A program made the translations under genes and the position numbers. The notes beneath the pieces were generated by a model. The model had not been told where the DNA came from and ran no database searches. It saw nothing but the letters and a program-made list of their open reading frames with translations. 61,849 bases of DNA from Octopus bimaculoides (lineage: Eukaryota): the NCBI RefSeq assembly GCF_001194135.2, contig NC_068991.1:78581945-78643793 (forward strand), written 5' to 3'. Shown here piece after piece: positions 1 to 11,850 of this stretch; position 1 is the stretch's first letter; every line of letters starts with the position of its first letter.

Positions 1-126
1 TGCACTTTAAAATTACACGTACAAACCGTTCTGCAGGATTCCACATAGTTTCCACCTAACTCGTTTTACCCACAAAGCTTGGATCGACTCGAAATAATGA
101 TAAATGATACTGTGGCACTTGCCTAA

Positions 127-190
127 AACACCACACCCTGGTATCGAACACCACACCCTGGTATCGAACACCACACCCTGGTATCGAACC
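127..190 (-). repeat. 3 x 20 bp tandem repeat (CCACACCCTGGTATCGAACA) in a degenerate tRNA-SINE head; each unit holds a B-box-like GTTCGATACC on the minus strand
   Basis: Three exact units at 131-189; the minus strand continues into TTAGGCAAGTG, like the other SINE heads here. Confidence 0.8.
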
Positions 191-1125
191 ATGAATTTCG
201 TGGTCGGGAAGCGAACAGCGTCATATTGTAGAAACAAGCGTTTTTTCTCTACTTGGTTTGGTTTTTTTTAATTTTCTTCACTTATTTCTTTGTTTTTTTC
301 TTTCATTCTGTTATCAACCTCTTTGTCATGTGTTAAGCAAAACAAACGAATTCATCGCGATACGTTATTTTTATCTGACAACAGATTTCAAGAGATATTT
401 TTTACTCCCACTACTTCCACTTCTGCCGCCACCTCGTTGTAAGATAAAACGGAGTTGTAGGCTGCCAAAATGAAGAGAAGATAAAACTGTGACAAGTCTT
501 ATGTCGTAAACACAACAACCCCACCCTCACCTCGACTCCTTATCAATATTGATGATATTAGCTGCATCGTGTACTTTTAGTATTCCACTTTGCAACATGG
601 TTTCGGGTTCAATTACGACGCACGGCACTTTAAGTTAGCGTCTTCAAACATATCTCCGAGTCGAAACAAGTCTTGTCAACGAATTTTAGTGGCCAGAAAC
701 TGTAGGTGATGGTCTTTGCCACGTAAAATACGACTGTCTGTCCCTTCATTACCTGTTAGCTGAATCCACCTTATTGCAAACATTATAGCTAGGAGTCCGA
801 TTTGAGGATAGTCTTTTTCTCCTTTTGTCATCTGTTGTTTTTGGACGTCACACAAAAGATCAAAGGTCACAAGCGATTCCCTTTATTCTTTCCCGTAAAT
901 AAATGTATAAACTCTCCATCGGTCAAGCTGGTCCAAGCATCTGTCACATGTATATGCAGGCCCGAGCAAGATTTTTTGGCGAAGTCTGGCAAATGCTCAT
1001 GCATTCACATCTCCTCATGCCAGGAATATTTAATCAAGGAAACGGTCATCGATTGGGGCTGATATAACTTGGCATCAGGGTTGTGGCAGTTGTTGCTGCT
1101 AGAATCGATACCGCAAGCCAGTTCT

Positions 1126-1604
1126 AATGCAACAATCAATGCTCAAGTCTACTGTCATCAATTAGAGCCTTTGAACCAAGCTTTGAAGAAAAAAAGACTC
1201 GCTTTAGTGAATCTAAAAGGATTGACGTTTCATCAGGACAGTGCGCGACCCCACACTGCAAAGATCCCATCACAGAAGATCGAAGAGCTTGGTTGGGAAA
1301 AAAATCCTCATCCACCTTATTCTCCTGACCTTGCTCTTTCAGACTATTATTTGTTTCGTAGTTTACAGAATCATTTGGGGGACATAACTTTCGCAAGCCG
1401 GGAGAAGGTCGAAACTGACATTTCAGAGTTCTTCGCTTTGAAACCAAAAGAGTTTTACATTGATGGGATTAAAAAGCTTGTAAATAGATGGAAGGAATTC
1501 ATAGATAATCAGGGAAAGTTCATTGATGATTAAATTTCATATAGCATTTGATCACTTGTTTTCTTTATTCAAAATTCGCACAGAACTTATGGGATGACCT
1601 GATA
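1126..1604 (+). mobile_element. Mariner (DD34D) transposon, 3' half: transposase C-terminus plus 3' TIR
   Basis: NATINAQVYCHQL...HQDSARPH...HPPYSPDLALSDYYLF...RWKEFIDNQGKFIDD* (stop 1531-1533); 34 residues between the last two catalytic Asp; TIR-like AAATTCGCACAGAACTTATGGGATGACCTGATA followed by TA. Confidence 0.93.
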
Positions 1605-1997
1605 TAAATGATATTTCGCTTAGGCATTACAAAACGAATAACTTGGTGTAGAACTCAATGTACGTATGCTTCAGAACGAAGCGTTAGTCGAGTACAGAGC
1701 GGTAATAAGAAAATGAGATGACAAAGGAATAAACAATTATGTTATGAAATTCATTGGCTTCGAATATCGAGGCTCTGATGAAGCTAAAAGGTGTTACTCA
1801 GGCACTGAACTATGAGTCCACTGCATCTTATAGCAGAAACAGCTGTAAGTCAATTGAAGTTCATAAGATAATCATTCCATTGTCATTTCATTTATGCGGG
1901 AAAATGAATAGCGAAATGATTCGAGATCCTAATATTTTATTGGTTCATATTTTCTTTAAATGAATGACAAAGCTTTGTTAGGAGTTTAATTCGAATA

Positions 1998-2000
<3 letters not shown>

Positions 2001-2080
<80 letters not shown>

Positions 2081-2085
2081 ACACA
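2001..2085. repeat. (CA)n microsatellite
   Basis: Direct. Confidence 0.98.
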
Positions 2086-2516
2086 TAATGTAACCTTATT
2101 GAACGAATTAAAGCCTTTTCTTTTACAACAATTTGGGATTTGATTCCTATATTTAATTTCAGAATTTGGAAAACATAACTTTTCTGTATAACATACGCTT
2201 TTTTTCGGAAATCCTTTGGTAATATATCTCAATAACGAAATAATTTTTAAAATTTGAGTGATAGCTTTATCTGCAAGCTATAGATACTTTTTATGTTTCT
2301 AATATTTAGCAGAATATCATTTTGCTTGAGTGTAAAAGCGTTATTTTAACATCAACATTAACTTCCTGCAGTCACATTCATCTGTATCTAGACTTTCAAG
2401 CTTAAATACAGATTCAGAAGAAAAACCTCCTACATTTTACACAGCCTTTGATATGATGCTAGTAGAGTTAGGCTGGTGATTAATGTGTCTTCATGTTGTT
2501 AATATTTTATCGTTTT

Positions 2517-2710
2517 AAGGTGGCGAACTGGCAGACACGTTAGCACGCCAGGCGAAATACTTAGCGGTGTGTCGTCTGTCTTTACGTTCTGAGTTCAAAT
2601 TCCGCCCTTTCAGGGTCGATAAATTAAGTACCAGTTGCGTAGTGGTAATCTAATCCACTGGCCCCCACCCCCAAAATTTCGGGCCTTGTGCCTAGAGTAG
2701 AAAAGAATAT
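2517..2710 (+). mobile_element. tRNA-derived SINE, type A (AAGGCGGCGAGCTGGCAGAATCGTTAGC head), internally deleted
   Basis: A-box-like head, GAGTTCAAATTCC B box, body shared with more than 12 copies in the window. Confidence 0.85.
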
Positions 2711-2789
2711 CTTATCGGTTTTTCTTTTTACTTTAGTTACCTTTATGGATCGGATTGGCGCTCACACTGCTTTTGCTGTTGTAAAGATT

Positions 2790-3005
2790 AAGGCAGCGAG
2801 CTGCCAGAATCGTCAGCACGCTGGGCAAGATGCCTAGCGGCATTTCGTCCGTCTGTACATTCTGAGTTCAAATTCCGCTGTGGTCCGCTTTGCCTTTCTT
2901 CTTTTCGGGGTCGATAAAACAAGTACGAGTTGAGCACTGGGGTCGTCGATGTAATTGACTCATCCCTCCCAAGGAACTGCTGGCCTTGTGCCAAAATTTG
3001 AAACC
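2790..3005 (+). mobile_element. tRNA-derived SINE, type A
   Basis: Same head, GAGTTCAAATTCC, TTTCGGGGTCGATAAA...GGCCTTGTGCCAAAATTTGAAAC body. Confidence 0.88.
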
Positions 3006-3780
3006 TATGTTTATCAACCCGTAAAATGCTGGAGGTTTTTTGTCACACCCTATCTTCCGAATCTTTACATGGGTAACGGTATGATCAAATGATGTGCTCA
3101 CCCAATATTTAATGGTGCGTACTTTATCGATACGAACGACAAAGCTGAGTTAGAGAAGATATTAATCAGAACATACGCAAGGAAACATCATTAAGTGCCA
3201 ATGATTTCCTGGTTTAGATCCAAGGTTAGCAATATTGAAGAGAAGGTTGTTAGTCGAGACGATCAATCCGAGTTTATTTGATCGACCTTGAAAAAAGGAA
3301 AGGCAAAGATGATAACAGTGGAAGTTGAACACAGAATTCGAAAAGTCGGAACTAAACACCACAAAGCATTTCTTCCAACACTTTAGCCACTTTGCCTTTT
3401 CACCTTCCTTATGGATATATATTCAACGCGTCCTTCCTTTTTCTTCCAGGTGGTGGCTGCTATTTCTTAGATACCGAGTGACCTGGTAGAATCGCATCTT
3501 TTGGTTAGTTTTTGGAAAGTGCACTATTAGAATTATGTGACCACCATATGATCGTATAACTACTGTATATTTCTCAGAATTAAGGGCTATACAAGAAACA
3601 TTTCAGCCTAGCGGAATTTAAGAGTGTTAAGATTATGTAATCCATACAGATTATTTAATCCGGCGTTTTAGTGTTTCTGCTACGGCACAGAATTCAAAAT
3701 ATATAAAGGTGGTAAAGTGTCACAAACGGTACACTGCCGGAATACTTGCAGTAATTACAACACAACGTCACCTCTTTTTA

Positions 3781-3868
3781 CCTACCTACCTACCTACCTA
3801 CTTACTTACCTACCTACCTACCTACCTACCTAGCTACCTACCTACCTACCTAGCTACCTACCTACCTG
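3781..3868. repeat. (ACCT)n microsatellite
   Basis: Direct. Confidence 0.95.
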
Positions 3869-4045
3869 CCTGTCTGTCTCTCTGTCTGTCTATGTGTGTA
3901 TGCGTGTTAAACCTTTTGATATGCCTTTTTAAATAAATATACTGTATAATATTTAGTTAAGTCTCATATCCCTTGTACACTGCTATATTTCTATTAATAT
4001 CACTTTTCAGGTTATACACACACGCACACACGCATGCACACACAC

Positions 4046-4094
<49 letters not shown>

Positions 4095-6083
4095 GAGTGC
4101 TTTTGAAATACGGGACGATCTTTCAGGTTATAGCTAATCAATTATGCAGGAAACAAAATTTGATAGTTTGTTAATAGTTGAAATTTCTCAATATATTGCG
4201 ATAGGAGTTAAAAATGTATTCATAAATTTTAACCTTTATACAAAAGTTCAAAAGGCTGCAATACAATGTGATACTTTTCTGAGAGACAGAGATTATAACT
4301 TTTGTAACTTTATCAATATGTCATATAAAAGCATAATCGATTTTATAAATGTTAGAATTGTCGTCTTTGACATTTCAGATATATTTGGATAGTCAAGCCA
4401 CAATACTTCTTACTGGGTATCTTAATGTAAGCCTATGTTGCGATAATACTTTTAAAAATGATTTTCATCAAAGCTTATAAATCGTTCGTTTCTTTGCCCC
4501 ATGCATTTGAAATATTGCCCCGGCACACAAATACTTGATAAAGGCACCCCCCCCCCAATAAACAAATAAATAAAGCTGAGTGGACAAAAAACGAAATGCT
4601 ATATAGTACAACCCATTTTATGGTCTAAATGTTCATTCTGATGGACATTGAAGATGGATGTATAGGCTACTAATCATGAAGCGAATTTCAAAAGACTTTT
4701 TTGCACAAAAATATTGCGACAGAGCATCTGAATAACAATAGCTCAATAAAGAGTCTATATTCATTAAAAAATAAATCTACCACTCTTAAATATGTGTATT
4801 TAATTTATTTATATTCATAATTATTACTACAATTAATTGAACAAAAAATAACATTATACTTATTAACTATTCTGTTGCTGTTAAACCATTCATATATTGC
4901 TTCGACTGTTGCTGTCGACATTTATTTATGAAATTTTGAAATTATAACATCAGCAACAACATCTTGTTATGAAATCATATTAACACCCTTTATTACGAAA
5001 TTATGAATATCTTTGTAAAATGTGAAACCGGTTGATTATATGAGCGTTCCATTTAAATCATTTTTATTGTGGCGTAACATCGTACATTAGTTTATATAAG
5101 ATGTACAGCATCTTTAAAATTCTGCAATATATTTCAATACTATAACCTCTCAAATCATTGGGCCACACACGCACATTTGTTTGCATATATGTGCGTATAT
5201 ATACATATATATGTATAATGACACGCACACACACACATACATATCTTCTGTGAGTTGTGTGTCTGTATGTATGTGTGTGTCTGTATGTATGTGTGTGTGT
5301 GTGTGTGCGTGCGTGTATTTGTATATGCAACTCTGCTATTGTTCGACTGAGTCGTCATGAATAAATAGGACATGGCTCTTCATCTACCAGTGATATATAA
5401 ATTTATTTCTAACCAGATTTTCCCATCCCTGTACCCAGAAGGCTTCCCCTACGAATCCCGATTTCCTTATCCCAGGCCTCAACATCTCCGTCCTTTTCCT
5501 CTTTTATATTTATTTGCAACCATGATTGTATTTGCACATAACCACTGATACTACTGGAGCACTACATACGTACATACATTTATATATATGTATATAAGAA
5601 CTGGTAAAGATTAACTAAATAACATGTAAAATAAATTCTTGGCATCATCTTAATAAGCAAATGTCTAGTGGCACTTGCTACAGACACCGAATAAAAAGGA
5701 GGAATAATGTCTAGAATTAAGGACTCTCTACAAATGATGTGTTATTAAGGAAAAAAAAAAAAAAACAGTTTTATATGGAGACAACAGGCGTCCTTAGCTC
5801 AGCAGTTGTTCCACATGACTCCAGCACAAACAAGATTTAGATATATCCTTCAAGAATAGAGTACAATTATGGGTTGAATAATTTGCATAATTAAAATATA
5901 AATGAACAAAAGGAAATAATTAAATGAAGCCAGTGGCTAAATTGGAAAAAAAAACAATGATAAATGAACATACAATAAGTAATAGACAAGACAACTTGTT
6001 CATTTATTGAAAAAATCTTCGTTTCGATAGAAAAGTAAATTTCAAGACAAGCCTGCGTTGATTCATGTACACACACGCGCGCG

Positions 6084-6134
<51 letters not shown>

Positions 6135-6317
6135 ACACAAACACTTACACACACATATATATACATGCATACACACATTCTTATACATGCAGAAATATTT
6201 ATATATGTATATATGTAAACCAGAGTAAGCACATAAATGCGAAACAAGGTGGAAAAAATAGTACTCGAATACCAGAGGTAGAGTTATATGCTTTATTAAA
6301 AAGCAGCAAAAATATTT

Positions 6318-6473
6318 AAAAACTGTTACTCAGAGTTTCACGTTCCCTTTCGTTGGATAGTTTTGTTTAGATATTCACGNNNNNNNNNNGTTACTCAGAG
6401 TTTCACGTTCCCTTTCGTTGGATAGTTTTGTTTAGATATTCACGGGAACGTGAAACTCCGAGTAACAGTTTTT
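6318..6473. repeat. Short foldback element, 30 bp inverted arms (6318-6347 / 6444-6473), with a decayed hammerhead-like motif on the minus strand
   Basis: AAAAACTGTTACTCAGAGTTTCACGTTCCC vs GGGAACGTGAAACTCCGAGTAACAGTTTTT, 1 mismatch; the internal duplication across the 10-N gap is probably artefact. Confidence 0.8.
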
Positions 6474-6501
6474 GTGATATTTTTGCTGCTTTTTTTATAA
6501 A

Positions 6502-6544
<43 letters not shown>

Positions 6545-7801
6545 TGTGGTAATAGCCATATATCTATCTACCTATCTATTTATCTATCTATCGATGCATA
6601 TGTATGTGTGTATGTGCGTATCTGTGAATGTGTGTGTGTATATGTATGTATGCTTGCGTTGATGTGTGTCTGCTATTTTACTTTCTGTTGTGGTAACACG
6701 TTCGATATTATTTTCGCTAGTGTTTGAATTTTGGAGGGTGTTCTTACTTTGATGCAGCGTTGCTAAGCTGTCAGGTACACATTTCATTCTCGCTCTCGCT
6801 CTCTTTCTCTCTCGCAGTAACCACAAACACACACACACACGCGTGCGCGCGCGCACACGTATGTACATATATTTATGCACATATAAATACACACACAAAG
6901 GCGTAGTATATGCATATAAACACATATGCTTTACACACACACGTATATATTCACACATATACACACGCGCGTGCATGTTTACACACATAACTGTACATGT
7001 GTGTGTGTGTGCGTGTGTGTGTATTTGTGTGGGTGCATTAGCGTATATTTCTGTATACGTAGTACATGCGTACCGATGTTGAACGTCAATAGCAAATGGA
7101 AAGTAACGAAGGCATGAGGCAGCCGAGAGAGCAAGAAACAAGAAAAACAGAAAAACAACAGAAAAACAAGCATTAAAAGATATAAATGGTTAAAAAAAAC
7201 ACACAAAAGAAGTAAGACGCAAAATGCATGAAGTATTTTCTCCACCGTACAAACAAAAAAACAAAAAACAAAAGCAGGATCAATAATATGAAAACATTAA
7301 ACAAACGGACTAATATATTTATTAGAACAATAACGTGAGGAAGAAAAGGAGACATCAACAAACAGTTAAACCAAATATGTATAAGAACGGAAAGCCTAGA
7401 GATAAGCAAACACTAGTAACGGAGGATGTGTCTTGAGTCTAAATTGCTAAGCAGGCATTAAGATTCGTGTTTCCTTCACTCAGAAACATGTTAAGAAACC
7501 TCATGCCAGAGACTTAGAGGCTGTTAAGACATTCCAGTCCAGGCCGTTGGTGTAGTTTTTTGTTTTATTTTACACACGTGCACCTGCATGCTGTGTGTGA
7601 GAATTAGGTGAGTGGGTGTCTGTTTGTTTGTACGTGTGTGTGTGAAGGCGGATTGATTTGGCGGTACATATTAGTGGTATTGCAATTGGCATGGAAATGA
7701 AAGAAAAGGTTAGAGCCAAAGGAAACTGCTAGTGGGCCAGCAATATAAAGCATTCATATTTCTCATCTTCCATACCCTTACGTATGTAATTACTATCCGT
7801 G

Positions 7802-7832
<31 letters not shown>

Positions 7833-7875
7833 GTCTGTGTATATATACATATATATATCTGTATTTGTGTGTGTG

Positions 7876-7920
<45 letters not shown>

Positions 7921-7964
7921 TTGTGTGTGTGTGTGTAGATATATATATGTATGTATATATATAG

Positions 7965-8100
7965 TGTAACCGCGTGTGTATCGTTGGCGATTTTCTTCCT
8001 CCGTCTTCCCTTCCTTTGGACTTGCCTCTATTTCTGACGAAAAGCTTGGCTCGAAACGTTAAATCCTCTTTTCCTTCCTTTCCTGAGCGTCTGATAATAC
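7965..8100 (+). mobile_element. Penelope-like pseudo-LTR fragment with hammerhead motif at 8030-8064
   Basis: ATTT-CTGACGA-A-AAGC-TTG-GCTC-GAAA-CGT-T-AAAT; homologous to 24835-24960. Confidence 0.7.
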
Positions 8101-9200
8101 GTATCTAAATTTATCTAAGTTTGTGCATATATAAATATGGGGAGACAGAGGGGCCACAAGGATACGTATATATATATATATNNNNNNNNNNNNNNNNNNN
8201 NNNNNNNNNNNNNNNNNNNNNNNNNNNNNNNNNNNNNNNNNNNNNNNNNNNNNNNNNNNNNNNNNNNNNNNNNNNNNNNNNNNNNNNNNNNNNNNNNNNN
8301 NNNNNNNNNNNNNNNNNNNNNNNNNNNNNNNNNNNNNNNNNNNNNNNNNNNNNNNNNNNNNNNNNNNNNNNNNNNNNNNNNNNNNNNNNNNNNNNNNNNN
8401 NNNNNNNNNNNNNNNNNNNNNNNNNNNNNNNNNNNNNNNNNNNNNNNNNNNNNNNNNNNNNNNNNNNNNNNNNNNNNNNNNNNNNNNNNNNNNNNNNNNN
8501 NNNNNNNNNNNNNNNNNNNNNNNNNNNNNNNNNNNNNNNNNNNNNNNNNNNNNNNNNNNNNNNNNNNNNNNNNNNNNNNNNNNNNNNNNNNNNNNNNNNN
8601 NNNNNNNNNNNNNNNNNNNNNNNNNNNNNNNNNNNNNNNNNNNNNNNNNNNNNNNNNNNNNNNNNNNNNNNNNNNNNNNNNNNNNNNNNNNNNNNNNNNN
8701 NNNNNNNNNNNNNNNNNNNNNNNNNNNNNNNNNNNNNNNNNNNNNNNNNNNNNNNNNNNNNNNNNNNNNNNNNNNNNNNNNNNNNNNNNNNNNNNNNNNN
8801 NNNNNNNNNNNNNNNNNNNNNNNNNNNNNNNNNNNNNNNNNNNNNNNNNNNNNNNNNNNNNNNNNNNNNNNNNNNNNNNNNNNNNNNNNNNNNNNNNNNN
8901 NNNNNNNNNNNNNNNNNNNNNNNNNNNNNNNNNNNNNNNNNNNNNNNNNNNNNNNNNNNNNNNNNNNNNNNNNNNNNNNNNNNNNNNNNNNNNNNNNNNN
9001 NNNNNNNNNNTATATATGTATGTATGTATGCTTGTATGTATGTATATATGTTTGTATGTATGTTTGTATGTATGTATGTATGTATGTTTGTTTGTATGTA
9101 TATATATCATAAGGGCACATCAGCCATCGGCACAAATATACACACGCTGACATTACCTCAAATTTCACGAACCAACAGCACAGTATTTATAAACCTACAA

Positions 9201-9238
<38 letters not shown>

Positions 9239-9339
9239 GCACACATACACACACATTCATACATACTTCTAACACACAGAGCTACACCATTCTCTTTATG
9301 TTCACTTCCAACAACAACAACGGTTTCTGATTTTAAAAT

Positions 9340-10085
9340 CTTTGTCTACATCACATCACTCGTGGACTTCGACTCCAACTCGAGAGGTTGCGCGAGATGA
9401 GGTTGTGTGTATTATCTCCGAGCGATTGTACAGTCTTGTGACCTGCATAAGTTCATGGACTTGCTCCATGAGGACCTGAACGGTCCCTCGGAGTTATAGA
9501 GAAAAAAACACGGTGGTAGTGCTTTTCAACGAAAATAGTGGTCTGTTCGACCAGAACAGTGGCTTGAAAATTTTAGACGTCTTTGATTGATTGTCTGACG
9601 GACGGGCGGCAAAGTTCTATACAGTGGCTTGTTTAATATGTAGTCGGCATAAGAAATGCTAAACGCCTTGTGCGAATGTGATGTGTATGTGTCATGAAGT
9701 GATCATTGTTGAGCTACCGTAAGATGTCAGCATTCAGAGCCGTTGAGCAGAATAGTTTCTACTGTTGCACGAAACAGGCGTAGTTAGACCACGTGACAGT
9801 TGTGGTACTCTCTAAAGTTTCCATAGCTTGACGAATGCACACTATCTTATCACTTTACTAATGTTAACATCTCAGCTAGTTGAGCGAATACGACAGCCCA
9901 GGTAACAAAGATTGGCAACTGACACAACGGACCTCGATGAAAGTGTAAGATCACCCACACCAGAATTTTTCACCAACGATTATGGTTTTTGTCATCGAAC
10001 GAGTTCTTGTGAAGCCAACTTAATGGCAACCAACATTTATGGTTGTATGTGAGACGAGTGCATTGTCATCTGTGAAGTCAAAGTC
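9340..10085 (-). mobile_element. Decayed RTE-clade-like LINE, RT C-terminal region and 3' end
   Basis: Minus-strand translation with stops and frameshifts: DFDFTDDNALVS (FADD-like), VANLCYLGCRI, LRLFRATVETILLNGSEC, LYRTLPPVRQTINQRRLKFSSHC; short GATGT tail. Confidence 0.8.
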
Positions 10086-11453
10086 AATGAAATACTTGTC
10101 TAATACTCAGAACCGTTAAAGGTAAAATGTACCATGACAGGATTTGAACTCAGATTGTAAAGAGCCAAAATAAATATTGCAAGGTATTTTATCGGACGGT
10201 CTAACGATTTTGCCAGCTCAGTAATAATGTCTAACGTGGAAAATCCTGTTTCTATGCCAACGATTAATTACGGTGTACTTTGGTAAAATCATGAACCTTC
10301 ACATTCTGAGCAATCACTGGCTTAATTCGGCTAAGAGCGATGCCAGTCATACATGTGATGCATCTTGGTGCCATTGTTGCTGCAGGCATTGCTGCTAGAA
10401 CGCAAAATGCTGGAAGAAACACCCTAAGGTCTCTCGTTTCAAACTCTATCAGTTCTGATGAGCTATCACTCTGGATTGGTGCTTTGTTATTACCTTCAAA
10501 AATATGAATGGTGAAGTTGGCCATGACAGTATTTGAACCCAGAACAAAGAGAGCCGGGAAAAATACTGTGAGATATTCTATCCAACGTTCTAATAACTCT
10601 GTCAAATCTTCAGACCTTAAACATCAAATCACAACCAAGGCTCTTGTATTGATTCCACGCAAGTTTTTCAACCATAAAAAGTTTGTCTTTGTAATTTTGT
10701 CGATATCAGTACCATCGTTTTTATTGTTAATGAAAGCTTTTGGGCAATACAGTGCTGTGATATTTATATTGTAGTTTTCATATTTATTGAGATATTTTTC
10801 ATGTGATTTAACATGGAACACAACATACCGTTATTCAATATTGACAAATGCTTTAAGGGAATAATCTAGCATTTACAGATCATAATATTGCTTGTTTAAG
10901 AAACGTAGTGATATCTATATATCTATACTTATATTCAGGCTGTCAACATCTTTGCTGAAAACGCTTTTATACTTTTTCTGTTCTATCATTCGCAAATGGA
11001 ATGATAGACGACATATTTCATACATGCTTTAATGATTTCAATCCAATATCGAAATCAGTAATTCCTTGGCTTCCCAGCTCCCTTCTGCAAGGCATAATTA
11101 TCCAGTGCAGTGATGTCAATTATTTCTCATTTTTGTTGTTGCTGCTGACAGCCGAGTATCTCGGGGTTGCTGCGCTCGTTGATAGTCGATTCGTCCGTTT
11201 AAATTCTCCTTGGATATTACAATGTCACATCTAAAAGATGCGGAGACGCATTGGCAAACTCCGAGTATTTCGCCTTAACTAAAAAAAAGGTTGTTATTAA
11301 TTTTGCTTTGTTATCATATATATCAATCTTACTGTGATGAGGATGTTAATTATTCCTGTCATTGTGACTGTCATTGGTTTGTTGCTATATGGAAAGTGTT
11401 ATTGTTTCTTCTACAAACAGGCAACGATCTGTAACCTTGGAAAGGCATGTTTT

Positions 11454-11583
11454 AATATTTATTCGGAAGGTAAGGCCAGAATCTGCCAGAATCGTTAGCA
11501 CGGCGGACGAAATACTTAATGGCATTTCGTCCGGCGTGCTAACGATTCTGGCAGATCATCGCCTTATCTTCCGAATAAATATT
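11454..11583. repeat. 130 nt foldback of a SINE head plus its flank
   Basis: Inner arms 11481-11513 / 11524-11556 (33 bp, 1 mismatch, 10 nt loop); outer arms 11454-11476 / 11561-11583 (23 bp, 1 mismatch). Confidence 0.93.
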
Positions 11584-11603
11584 TGGTGCCATTTCGTCCG
11601 GCG

Positions 11604-11850
11604 TGGAAGTGAAAAGCCTGTGAAACTGTCCAGAAGTTTATCATTTAAGTATATATGAGCATGTCTCAACATGCAGGTATAAGCATTAGAATAAATACAT
11701 AAACAAAACAAACAAATCTGCGCACATTCATAAATACATACCCTGTTGATGTTGAAATTTTAATGAAGGAGTCTTGGATCTTGGTTAGAAACCGGTTCTT
11801 TCTCTATTGACAAGAAATCTTGAAATAAACGGAATAATGACATACATACA
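11604..11850 (+). mobile_element. RLE-type non-LTR retrotransposon, short 3' fragment
   Basis: ORF end ...CETVQKFII* and 3'UTR GGTTAGAAACCGGTTCTTTCTCTATTG...GAATAATGACATACATAC shared with the 22662-23236 and 24432-24727 copies. Confidence 0.8.

Noticed and set aside
127-190. CRISPR-like direct repeats
   Set aside because: No spacers, eukaryotic context, plain tandem repeat.
6326-6443. 54 bp direct duplication around the 10-N gap (similar case at 33237-33358)
   Set aside because: Identical copies on both sides of a minimal gap are the typical signature of unmerged contig overlap.
7425-7500. GAAACATGTT hammerhead-like 3' half (similar partial motifs at 39195-39225, 40763, 49570-49600)
   Set aside because: No acceptable 5' core or stem I; not counted as ribozymes.
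8059-9272. Long ORFs spanning N-gaps (also 15158, 21180, 39265, 47893, 51754, 52636, 54210, 60214)
   Set aside because: Length comes from N runs translated as X plus flanking microsatellites.
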